This document shows, one piece after another, positions 26,171-37,972 of a stretch of DNA of 64,000 nucleotides (position 1 is its first letter; each line of letters begins with the position of its first letter). The notes under the pieces were generated by a model. The model saw only the letters and a list, made by a program, of their open reading frames with translations, had not been told where the DNA came from and did no database searches. The translations under genes and the position numbers were made by a program. This DNA comes from Lama glama (taxonomy: Eukaryota). The stretch is from positions 64,916,001 to 64,980,000 of the forward strand of contig CM052816.1 in NCBI GenBank assembly GCA_028534125.1, read 5' to 3'.

Positions 26171-27659
26171 GATTTTTTTTTTCACACGGTTTCTATTTTG
26201 CCTCAATTATGTGAGTCCAAACAGCTATGTTCCTATGCCCACGATTCAGAGGGAGAAAGCAAGTGGGCTTTGAATAGCTTCCATTGATTTAAATGCAGGA
26301 AGGGCCCTACCTCCAAATATGTGGAAGAGCTTCTTTCCTAAGGCTGCAGTCTGTCAGGAAAAGGCCACATTGAATCATTGCTTTCTGAAGACAGGAGAGG
26401 AGACTGACTGCTGCTGTTCCGTAGCCTGGAATAATATTTCATTCTTGTCATCCTTACCCCATTGAAGACCAAGTACTTTTGTACAGATCTACAGTTTCCT
26501 TCTTGATTTAGAAGAACAAAGCTTTTGTTGTTTATGCTCTTAAACAACAGAGCTTTGTCCTATACTCAGGGGCATGCAAACTAAACAGAAAATTTCCTGA
26601 AGGGCCATCCTATTTACTGGGAGGAGTGGTACCAAGTGGTAAGCAGACACAGTGAGCTCCAGCCTCCCATGGAGGCCCCACGTCATCTGCAGGGGGAGGT
26701 GGCCGAGACTCACAGAAGCACAGCAGCTGGTCAGGTTAGGGTTTGCCTCTCCTGGCTGGTGTGAACGTGGGTGGACGAAATCCTTTTAGAACTCCTCCTT
26801 TATTGGGACCTACTTTGTCCTACAGAACAACCTTGCGCTGCTTTCTTTGTCTGAGGCAGAAAAATGAAAATTCCAGTATTTTGAGTGTTTTTACTTTGGG
26901 AACTTCTCGTCCATAGACAACTCTTTCAAACACTGCTGCGTTAGCTTTTCAGACCTGTTGGTACAATGGAATAGGGGCAGAACTGAGGCTCAAGAGTTTT
27001 CATCAAAGGCTCATAGATCACTAGAAAGGACACAAATTAGGCTGTCTCGGTCCTGTATCCCTCTCTTCATTTCTCTTTCCTCGCACTAAACCAGCTCCTG
27101 GCTTGCTACCACACCGCCATGCCCACGTGCAATTTTCACTTAGCAAAGGTCAAGTCTTGGTAGAGTATATGAAGTTGGGACCAATTCCAACTCTTAATAG
27201 TTATGGCTAGTAAATATTGAGCACTTGTAACATGCCAGGCTGTGTGTTCAGTGGTTTGCATGCAGTATCTAGATGCTTCTCAACAAGTAATCCTTGATGA
27301 CTGGCTTTACAAGTGTTGGGGGAGGATGCCAATGAAATTGCATATTCCTAGGCTCCATTCTAGACCTGTGAGATAAGCACTGTGTGGTGGGGTCAGACAG
27401 CTACTATTCTAACAAGCACCTCCAGTAATCTGGACACACATGAAGTTCAAGAGCCTCTGTATTAATTTATAGGGCATTTGGGATTCAAGTGCCATCTGCT
27501 CTCCTTCCACTGCTTTGATTTCTATACTTAAATTCTTATGGCAAAACAAAGAGAAAACACCTTATGGATTGGGAGACATGGAGTGACTTATGCCTCCTAG
27601 TTGCTGGCAATTATAAATGTGTCCCGAAGGACAAAGTGCTTTCGAGGCACCAAGTATTT

Positions 27660-28130
27660 TATTTATTTAGTTTTTAAATTGAAGTCTAGCTGATTTACAG
27701 TGTTGTATTAGTTTCTGGTGTACAGCATAGTGATTCAGTTATATACATATATAGTTTTCATATTTTTTTCATTATGGGTTATTACCAGCTATTTAATATA
27801 GTTCTTTGTGCTGTACAGTAGGCCCTTGTTGTTAATCTGTTTTACATATACTAGTTTGTATCTGCTAATCCCAAACTCCTAATTTATCCCTCCCCACCCT
27901 TCCCCCTTTGTAACAGTAAGTTTGTTTTCTATGTTTGTGAGTCTGTTTCTGTTTCATAAATAAGTTCATTTGTGTCATTTTAAAAATATTCCACATATAA
28001 GTGATATCATATGGTATTTGTCTTTCTCTGACTTAGTTTAGTATAATAATAATCTTTAAGTCCATTCATGTTGCTAAAATGGCATTATTTCCTTCCTTTT
28101 TATGGCTGAGTAACATTCCATCATCGATCG

Positions 28131-28180
<50 letters not shown>

Positions 28181-28777
28181 ACACCCCCCCACAACTTCTT
28201 TATCCAGTCATCTGTCGATGGACATTTAGGTTGCTCCCATGTCTTGGCTGTTGTATATAGTGCTATTAAGAACATTGGGGTGCATGTATCTTTTTGAATT
28301 AGAGTTGTCATCTTTTCCAAATGTGTTATGCCCAGGAGTGGAATTGCTGGATCATACGGTAAATCTATTTTTAGTTTTTTAAGGAATCTCCATACTGGTT
28401 TCCATAGTGGCTGAACCAAATTACATTCCCCCCAAAAGAGTAGGAGGGTTCCCTCTTTTCCACACCCTCTCTAGCATTTATCGTTTGTGGACTTTTGAAT
28501 GATGGCCATTCTGACCGGTGTGAGGTGATACCTCATTGTAGTTTTGATTTGCATTTCTCTGATAATTAGTGACATTGGTCATCTGTATGTCTTCATTGGA
28601 GAAGTATGTTTATGTCTTTTGCCCATTTTTTGATTGGGTTGTTTGTTTTTTTGTTATTGAGTTCTATGAGCTGTTTGTATGTTCTGGAAATTAAGCCCTT
28701 GTCAGTCATATCATTTGCAAATATTTTCTCCTGTTCCATAGGTTGTCTTTTTGCTTTGTTTATGGTGTCCTTTGCTG
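27660..28777 (-). mobile_element. 5'-truncated lineage-specific L1 (ORF2 C-terminus + 3'UTR)
   Basis: ORF track gives [30 protein letters not shown] and [20 protein letters not shown] (L1 ORF2); perfect 16-bp TSD gaggcaccaagtattt at 27644-27659 and 28778-28793. Confidence 0.95.
28123..28180. repeat. Compound tetranucleotide microsatellite (ATCG)2(ATCT)12 inside L1
   Basis: Read directly. Confidence 0.95.
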
Positions 28778-30819
28778 GAGGCACCAAGTATTTATCTCTA
28801 TCATAAGAGGGTTAAAAATTGAGAAATCTTTTCTTGACCGATGGCGGCCTGTGCTCTGGATGTGGAGAGGGAAGACTCAGGGGCCACAGAGGCAGGTCTG
28901 GCATGATTGGTGGCACAGGCTGTGCACTGCCTAACTGGACGCGCTGGTCTTACAAGAAGAGTGAAAACCTGGAACTCTCATTGGCCCAGGGCTGTGCATG
29001 TCAGGCTGTCCCCTCCCGAGACAAGAAGGTGGCTGATGTGCTGGGGTGGTTCCCAGGGCTCAGAAGGCCCTGCCTGCCTCCTGCATGTCTTTGTTGTTGT
29101 GCTTCTAGGGCACAACGTGTTCAGGGCTGTAAATTCTCTGGTTCTCAGGTTTATTTCTAGACAGCCTCTATTAAAATGAAGTACCACTTGCAAGATAAAA
29201 TAACAGGGACATTTAATCCTGTTGGCACAGACCGGCTTCATTTGGTTGCTCTGGGGTTGGCACATGACAAGATTCATTTGGCAGGAGGGGAGGACAGGCT
29301 CCTTTGTGGGCCGCTTTGGTGGAGGGAGGCGGGGGGATTAGGAAAGCTATTTTGTGGGGAAGGAGGCAGAGACAACGTGGGAGAGGGGCTAAAGACAAAC
29401 CAGAGCCGTGCCCCAATTCTGAAGTTACCCTCCAGCACACCATTTTCTCAGTTCTTCAGCCCCTCCCATCCTCCTCCTCTTTGGTGAATGTCCAGGGCTG
29501 AGTGGCTTTTGTCCCCTCAGTCACCGGCCCAGATTGCAGCGATACCGCAAGTGACAAGGCCTCAGTGGCGTAAGTGGGCCCTAGAGAGAAACTTCACGTC
29601 CAGCTCTGTAGTCAAAGCAGCAGGGCGGGGAAGGGGAGGCAATCACCCACCTCTGAACCTGAGACCCTCTGCCCTTTGCTTCCCTCTGCCAGAAGCAGGA
29701 TAATTAGAATAAAGAGACAGTTTAGCTCATTCAGCTCCCTGCCAGGCCCCATCCAAGGCTGTCACACAGGCAATCATTTCTAGCAACTGGGATGGACTTC
29801 CTTGTGTTCCTTTATCCATCATTTTGGATCTGGCAGAAAGGGCCCCAATTTTACTTTGAAAGCATTTTGTGCTAAACTGAAAATTTTCCCCAATTTTCCC
29901 ACTGATTATTCGTCCTTTGGTGAGAATTCATGTGGTATGTGGTACTGATTCATTAATTTATGCAGCAAGAAATAAGCACCTTGGGCTCCCTGAGGACCTG
30001 GAAGCAGTTGGATGTGGCTGGGGGGAGTTTGTGTGGGCGTGGAAGACAATTAGGGGCAAGACCACTCTGGAGTGAATGAATGAATGCATCAGTGATCCAG
30101 TGGAGAAGTCCATAGTCCCGCCCAAGGGTGGCTGTTCCCTCACCAAGCAGACTTGGTTTTTTCTCTGCACTTTCTCAGTGAGCAAGTTGAAGTCTCAGGT
30201 AATAACCTCCCAAGCTGGGAAATCCCCCCATTACGGGAGGAAAGGAGATAATTAGCTTCAATGTTCTTTCATATCTAAGCTGAGAAGTCAGCATGAATTC
30301 TAGACATGGTTCGTGTAGTCGGATAATCAGCACAGCTGTTCATGATAGGTAATTCTCTCTCTCCTACCCCCGCTTCAAATCTTTTTTGGTTCGGGTACCA
30401 TGACTGAAGGAATGGTGTCCATTCTTTTTTTTGCCTTCACGCAGGAATCTTTAAACTAGCCTGAACTTTGTACCAACTATCAAATGACTCATGTCTAATA
30501 CAATTACCCCTTTCTGTGTCATCTCCTAGGTTAGTGTCCTTGTGTGACACACTAGATGCAGGGCAGGGTTGAAGGTACTACCCAGTGATCACCAGGCAGA
30601 GAACTGACAGTTAATAGGCCCACACCTCCTTGAGCTGTTATCTCAGAGGCCTTAAGACAAAATCTTACTTGTATAAATATTATTTGAAATGAGATATGTG
30701 ATGCTGATGGATATATTTCACCATACCTGGCTGTTCAGTAATTCACCTCCCTTTTGGATATTGTGTATATTTATCACAATGGGTTTCATAATAATTGTAA
30801 TACAAATGACAGTTTTCTC

Positions 30820-31045
30820 TTAGTGAGCATTCACCATGTAATATGCTCAGTTTTAAGCAGTTTTTGCCCATTTAATCTTCACATCAGGCCCAGAAGGGAG
30901 TTACTGTGGGTGGCACCATTTTACACATGAGGAGACGGAAGCACAGAGCTCTTTAGAAACTTGCCCAAAGTCCACAGTAAAGAGTCAGAGCTGGGATTTG
31001 AACCCAGACAGTCTGGCTCAGGGTTTATGCTCTCAACTTCCATGT
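30820..31045 (-). mobile_element. MIR SINE
   Basis: ccattttacacatgaggagacggaagcacagag...cttgcccaaagtccacag...gagctgggatttgaacccagacagtctggctc. Confidence 0.85.
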
Positions 31046-33046
31046 TATCATGCTTACACATTGCTTGAAACAAAGGGGTGGTTTTATCATCAAATATGAA
31101 GAATGTAACCCTTCAAATTTTTCTCTTACAGAATGTAAGAAATTGCCCATTTTTGTATATGAATTGTTGTATAGCTTTTGAGAAACACTGACAAACAGTA
31201 AGGCCAAGGAAATATTGATCCTTCTACTCCCATCTCTTTACCCAGAAGAAGAGTTTGACCAAATCTGAGTGCAAAAGGTTGTTGGTTTATGTTAATTTCA
31301 AGTATAATGTTTCAGAATCTTGTCACATGCACTGTTAGTACGATTCCATACGTTCATGTTCTTAGGGAGACTGAATGAAAAACAGCCACAAAAACTGCCC
31401 CCACGTACCAAGAAAAAGTCTGATTTTGAGGTCTACGTGCCCAGATGAGGGGTTTTGTTATCTGGACCAAGAACATACGCTTAATCCCTGCCATGACCAT
31501 AGATTCACAGTTTTAGTACACGTGCCTTTTTCTTTAAGTGAGAACTTCTTCCCCCCCTTTGGTAAAGTGAGCAAGCCTTCTCGCTGATATTTTTCTAAGT
31601 AATTACTTCTCTTTCGATTTACACCTTGGATACTGGCTCTCAGAGTCAGCATTTGAACTGTCAGCAGCTGCCTCCCAGCGACCTGGTCCGAGGTCTAGGG
31701 TTTCTTTAGGCGGAGTCTGGAGCCGTGAAAACAATGGGGCTATTTATCCATGTCACCTGGAGTGCAGTTAACAGCCAGCCGATCTCCGATCTCTGCAGGT
31801 CTGACACAGTAGCATGGTGGGTCTGAATGTTTCTTAGTTTTTTCATGACTGATTCCTTTGGCTACATAAACTGCAGGGCCAGACAGATTAGCTTATGGGC
31901 CTAGAAATCGTTCTTGGTCCAGATTTAGGGACACTTCTGTGTCACCTGTAGCTGCTCTGATATTTGTTGACAGTTCTTGGTTTGGTAAAAGGTTTGTATT
32001 CCTGAACTACTTTTCTTTTATTGAGATCATCTTAATTCTTGTCTGTGAAATTGAGATCAAGGAAATGGGTAGGAACTGAATTCAGTTATTTGAGTGACCC
32101 CTGTATATCATGAGCTGTTTAGTGCCTGATGTGACAGCTAACAGATATTAATTGGTAGTGATGGTGGAGAGAGTCGCTCTAGCCAGAACCTGCCCTGCCC
32201 TGATGAATTGACAGTGACGCCTGCTACAGGCCAACTTTAACACCCCGTACTAACAACTTTAGGCAGAAGAAGATTACAGTATTCGTATGTATTTTTAAAT
32301 TCCCTCCTTCATTGAATTGTTTTTCAGAGGGCACTGAAATCAAATGTAAACAGTTATAATCGGCTTAAGTTGGATTGTACTGAGACATCACTTCCTTCAT
32401 TCCAGTGTGAGGTTTTCCCTGCCATGTGATAGCTCCAGGTACTAAATATCTAACCCCAACCCCCTCTCTAAATTGCCAAGTAGCAGTAATGTGTCTCAGG
32501 TTATCACGATTATTATGACTATGGAAGGGGAAGGCCATGCTGGTCGTTTAGAAAGCTTTCATCATGAATGTGTTTTAGGGTGAGCGTTACCTACTGACAG
32601 ATGAGCAGCGTGAAGCTGAGTCAAACAAAACCTTTAGTGTTTGTTTGTAAGGGTCAGGGAGCCAAGGAGCAGTTTGAAACTTAGCTTTGTGTTGACTCAA
32701 AGAATGAAAGCTTCTAACTCAAAGACTTGCTGGATGGTTGTTGGCCACTGTCTTGGGTGGTGAGATGGCTGTCTTCATAGTTGTTGAAAGTGAAGCTTTC
32801 CTATGGGAAATTTCTGGACAACTATACATGTGAAATGACTTAGATGCCTTTGTTTGGAGGATTCTTGGTCTTGTCTGTTGACAAATGGAGATGTGAACAT
32901 GGGAGTTCAAAGGGATTTTAATGTAATTTTATTCAAGGAATGAGAAACAGGGAGTTCTGGGTGTTGGGGATTCAGTGACAATGTTACCTTAAGGGTGTAC
33001 TTTCTGTTTCAGACTAGATAAGCCGCGTTATCGCTGAGAAGAGAGA

Positions 33047-33546
33047 NNNNNNNNNNNNNNNNNNNNNNNNNNNNNNNNNNNNNNNNNNNNNNNNNNNNNN
33101 NNNNNNNNNNNNNNNNNNNNNNNNNNNNNNNNNNNNNNNNNNNNNNNNNNNNNNNNNNNNNNNNNNNNNNNNNNNNNNNNNNNNNNNNNNNNNNNNNNNN
33201 NNNNNNNNNNNNNNNNNNNNNNNNNNNNNNNNNNNNNNNNNNNNNNNNNNNNNNNNNNNNNNNNNNNNNNNNNNNNNNNNNNNNNNNNNNNNNNNNNNNN
33301 NNNNNNNNNNNNNNNNNNNNNNNNNNNNNNNNNNNNNNNNNNNNNNNNNNNNNNNNNNNNNNNNNNNNNNNNNNNNNNNNNNNNNNNNNNNNNNNNNNNN
33401 NNNNNNNNNNNNNNNNNNNNNNNNNNNNNNNNNNNNNNNNNNNNNNNNNNNNNNNNNNNNNNNNNNNNNNNNNNNNNNNNNNNNNNNNNNNNNNNNNNNN
33501 NNNNNNNNNNNNNNNNNNNNNNNNNNNNNNNNNNNNNNNNNNNNNN
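33047..33546. other. Assembly gap (500 N placeholder)
   Basis: Exactly 500 N. Confidence 0.99.
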
Positions 33547-36500
33547 AAGACAGGCACACAAACCTCCGGTCATATTTTGACCATAAACACTATGCACTTG
33601 ATAATCACATAGTGGGAGGCTGAGACTGTGGAAAGGGTTTTCCATTTCTCACACATTCAAGCAAAAAGATGTACGCTTTCATTCGGAAAAATCCTCATCT
33701 GGTGTCCCCTACACTTCAGCATCAAACCCATGCTTCACTCCTGAAATTCCTTCTCTGACTTACCTTTGGCATAAAAATCTGGAACGGGAGAGATACTGCG
33801 GTACAGCCAGCATCAGAATGTGGCCAAGGAAAATGAAATCTCAGTTCCTACCTACAGTACAAATCTCTGACATTTGATAGCAGGGAGGGAAAAGAAAAAA
33901 GAAAAAAAGGAGCTAACGTCCCATCTAATCTCAGCGCTTTCGTAGCAGATATTTTAATGAAAACAATTCAAGCTCCTGACGCAACAGAGGGTAGACTTTG
34001 CATAATGTTTAGTGTCTAACGCCTCCAAAAGGTATCTGATATTTATTTGTGAGCCAAATATATTAAGCCTGAAATGAAAAAGCTTCTAGAATTTCCAAAA
34101 GCCTACATAAAATTGCCTGAATGACTACTAGCAAGTAAGTTGGAAGACAACACTTTAAAACTGTTTACGATTTTCTGGTTATTATTTATTTGTTCTCCCC
34201 ACCCCACCCCACACACTGGAGCATGAGGACATGATTTTAAAGATTTTAACACAAACATCATTCATTTCATTGTTAAAATCTCCCTGAAGCCCATTTTTAA
34301 AGATCACCTGGAAAAATCTTAGGAGACTTTGTAAAATATCCCAAATCAAAAAAGCAGAGAGGTACATGCAAAGGCCCAAGTGGATGGAGGAGGAGAAGGC
34401 TTCAGGAGGTGTTCTGAAAGAAACAAGACCCTCACAATTGGAACCGAAAAGCAAGAAGTCATTATTCTTCCTAATCATAACAGAAAAAACTAAATTCCTG
34501 TTTAACTGGAATTAAACAGTCAGAAGTTCACATAACCATTATTGTCTTAAGTCACCTTTCATGAGAAAGAGACAAATGAAATATAAACAAGCTGGTTCAG
34601 AGACTTAATTTTTAAAGTAGCTATCAGAATATGATCAGTGGAGATTTAACCTAATATCCAGCCTCATATAGATGAAAAGGATTCTAAAGTTGTCATCCAT
34701 GCTCATATGAGTATATTGAGCATATTTTATCATTTTCTAATCATTTGAAAAGTGTTTTTGTCCCAGTTTGATATAAATTCGAACCCCAAGTTAGTTATAG
34801 TATATAACTATTTAATTAACCTACCCCCAGCCCATTTTGGACAAACTGAAACCACAACAAAAGAAAGAACAAGGGTGATTATTTCATTTGGAGAGAGAGG
34901 GACAGGGAGACTAAGTGAGCTATTTTAAAAGGTAACTTTAATATGCATCATTTCATTGCAGATGAGAACACAATGGTAGGGAGTGAAAAAATCTCTATCC
35001 ATAATTTACTTTGTGACAGAATAAATTAGGGAAAATCACAAACTCAGTTTTACCAAATGTAAGTTAAGGGCATTAGAATGCTTTCTGTATCTCCCACAGT
35101 ACAAAATTATGATATAAATACAAGGTTCGCTGACCTGGTCAAGTTGAGTTGGATGGAGGTAATTGGCGATATTAAGGATGTTAAGGATGCCAGAAGCATC
35201 ATATTCCTCCCAAGGGGGAAAACTTCCAGGAGTTTAAATCATGTTAAGAGATTTGGAAAAGCCAAAAGAAGAGTTTGCTTTTATCCCTTACTCCACAGGA
35301 CCAGCTGTTGGACTGTCTACAAAGCCAAGAGAGGGACGCTGGACTGACTCACTATCAGCCTAGTAACGTTCAGTAGGGTGACAGATAACAGCATCTTTAC
35401 TGACCAGGATGTGTGGATGATGTCCTGCTAGGCTTATTGCAAAATTAACGCTACATAAAAGTGAAATGAGATTGGAATTAGCATTATTAAATATGTAATG
35501 ACAATAATAAAGAACTCTTCTCACCACTCTTAAAGGCCCATAAAAAAATGTCCACATAGTTTTTCTCATTAGCACAAAAAGTGTAACAGTTTCATGAAAA
35601 GATTTAAATAACAGCAAAAACACAATCACATTTCCTATTTCTTCTCTTGGAAAAGGCTAATAAACAGTTAAATGAGAAAGAGTAAGAAGAAATCCTCAGG
35701 ACTTGGATGTTCCACACTGGAGAATACTCAGCCTTTGGAACTCAAGTATCTGCGAAAACATTAAAAGGTCACTTGTCCAAAGAACTAAGGGCAAAATCTG
35801 GAATTTTCTTCAACTGACCTAAGAGTCATCATATTTCCCACTCATTTTCAGCAAGATCAATCACCTTGAATTATATTTGCAATCATGCTGAAAGAGTCCA
35901 GACCACAGATGCACATTTTCACTTCATTCTCATTCAGAGAAACAACATAATCAATATACACAGGACATTATGAGTATGTCGACACTGAGGGCTCATTCTC
36001 ACCTGGGGATAAGCTGGCCAGCCAGTTATCCAGCCAGCAGCCTGCCACACACCTGCACACTCCCAGAGAGCAACGTAGGTCATTTCTTCCCTCACTGAAT
36101 CCACAAACATTTCACCCTCCAAATGAAGGGACCTGCATAAAGTAGAAGAAGATACAGACCCGGCCCTCAAAGAGCTTAAAATTTAGTATGGAGAACGTTT
36201 TTGCACACCAAATTACTAGAACATGAAATAAAATGTAAAAACTGCTGTAAACAAGGTTTATTAAAAAAAATCCTACATCTACACAACATCATAAGTCATC
36301 TACATTTCAATTTAAAAAATTCAACATCTATGACATTTAGGAGGCAACAGTTACATTGAGAAAGGGAGAATTTTCCTAGCAATTTAAAAATCATTCCAGA
36401 TTATTAAACAGATCTGAAGAAACAAAGCATCACCGCTGGTGGGGGAAAAATCAAAATTAAAAACTGTTTCAAAGTAGCATCTTCATTCTTTCATTCAACT

Positions 36501-36731
36501 GCACACAAGCCAGAAAAACATAAAATGAGATAAATTTCTCCAATCCAACTTTGTCTGTTCTCTGTGAGAAAGCTAGTTTCAAATGCACCAGCAACTTTGC
36601 GATTAAAATGGGAAGCAAGAAAACTTCACATCATTATATGTGTGTGTTGGTCAAATTACCCTTAGGATTAAAACATCACATTTTATTTTTTCAATTAACA
36701 CTGTAAACATGCACAGTCAGAGGCCTCTTAC

Positions 36732-36806
36732 CTTTGTCATTTAATTATCCATCTGATTGCAGCTCAGATCAGCTCTTTATAATCCAATTTTTAGAAAATG
36801 ATGCAC
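36732..36806 (-). other. Candidate 75-nt non-coding exon or conserved enhancer-like element
   Basis: Minus strand cttttaaatag|GTGCAT...ATGACAAAG|gtaaga; stops in all three frames. Confidence 0.2.
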
Positions 36807-37559
36807 CTATTTAAAAGCACAGTTTGTTCAGGAAGAAAGTTGACCAAATTCTCCTAGACTAGAAAGAGATTGGCATGTTTTCTTGTGCATATCAAATTAT
36901 TAAATGGCAAAACTGGGAATTATTCCACAGATGTGAATGGATATCTAATTTCTGTCACAAAGGAGAGATTATACTCTGAGGAGAAGTTATTTACTTACTC
37001 ATTTTCCTAACTAGATTTCCATGCACATGAGAATTTCAAGTCAGGAAACCATTGCCAACAATGTTCCACTAGAGACAACCAAAAAAAGATCATAAATGTC
37101 TTGTTAGCTGTAAATAATGATAAAATGGAGATCTTTGGGAACATGATTACAGCTGGTGTAGCCTGAAGAGTTTTATTTTTATATTAGCCCAAGTAAATTA
37201 TATTATATTTAAATGTATGCATTAAAACAGGTTTGTTGTACATTTTGTCACAAAAAAAAAAATCAAGGAAGAGGATCAACTCTTTTCTTCTTTCCAAAAT
37301 ATTTTTCCAATTATAAGTACCCCTAACTTAAGTACATTCCTCCCTCCAGTAATTTGTCTGAGCCTCTTTGTCTGTAGTTCTTACTAGCAATTTCTAAGTT
37401 ATCTTTTCAAGATCTTTTGAAGAAATGACTTATCAGGGCATCTCAGGTATTCTTTGAGGTTCATACCTCCCCTTTATTTTCCTTCCTTGGCACCATAGAA
37501 GTACACACACAGAAATCTATAACTTATGGTCACCTATTTGTTTTCACTTGAACACATTC

Positions 37560-37730
37560 AAGGACTGAACTGGGAAATAGGAGATTTGGAGCCTGGTCAT
37601 TGTGGAGCCTTGGGCCAGTTATATATTGTATAATTCACTGAACCTGTCTTCTCTGGCACAAAATGAGGAGGACTGTCTTAGACGATCAATCTCAAAGGGT
37701 CTGACAACCCTGAAACTGGATGACTTTCTA
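37560..37730 (+). mobile_element. MIR3-like SINE
   Basis: actgaactgggaaataggagatttgg...cactgaacctgtcttctctggcacaaaatgagg...tagacgatcaatctcaaaggg. Confidence 0.5.
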
Positions 37731-37839
37731 GCTCTTCGACTTGGGGCCTCATCCTCGGATGCCATTTGTTACATTCAAAATATGTTTGGCCCTTCTCCCG
37801 GTGGAGATAAACCCAAAGACAAAGAGCACATACCTGAGG

Positions 37840-37972
37840 AGAGAGTGTAAACAAGAGAGAAGCAGGCAGAGAAGGATTTGTGGGAAGAGCAGGAAGAGGA
37901 AAGGAGGCAAGGAGAGGAAGAGAAAGAGGAGAAGGAGAAAGAGAGAGAATAATGAGGGGAGAAAAGCAAAAA
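37840..37972. repeat. GA-rich low-complexity tract
   Basis: Purine-rich aggaagaggaaaggaggcaaggagaggaagagaaagaggagaagg. Confidence 0.8.

Noticed and set aside
33009..33645. Long ORFs of 181-205 aa in the track
   Set aside because: They consist almost entirely of X residues from the N gap.
36257..36262. Minus-strand AATAAA as a gene 3' end
   Set aside because: It is adjacent to L2-like remnants in AT-rich DNA, and no terminal exon could be linked to it.
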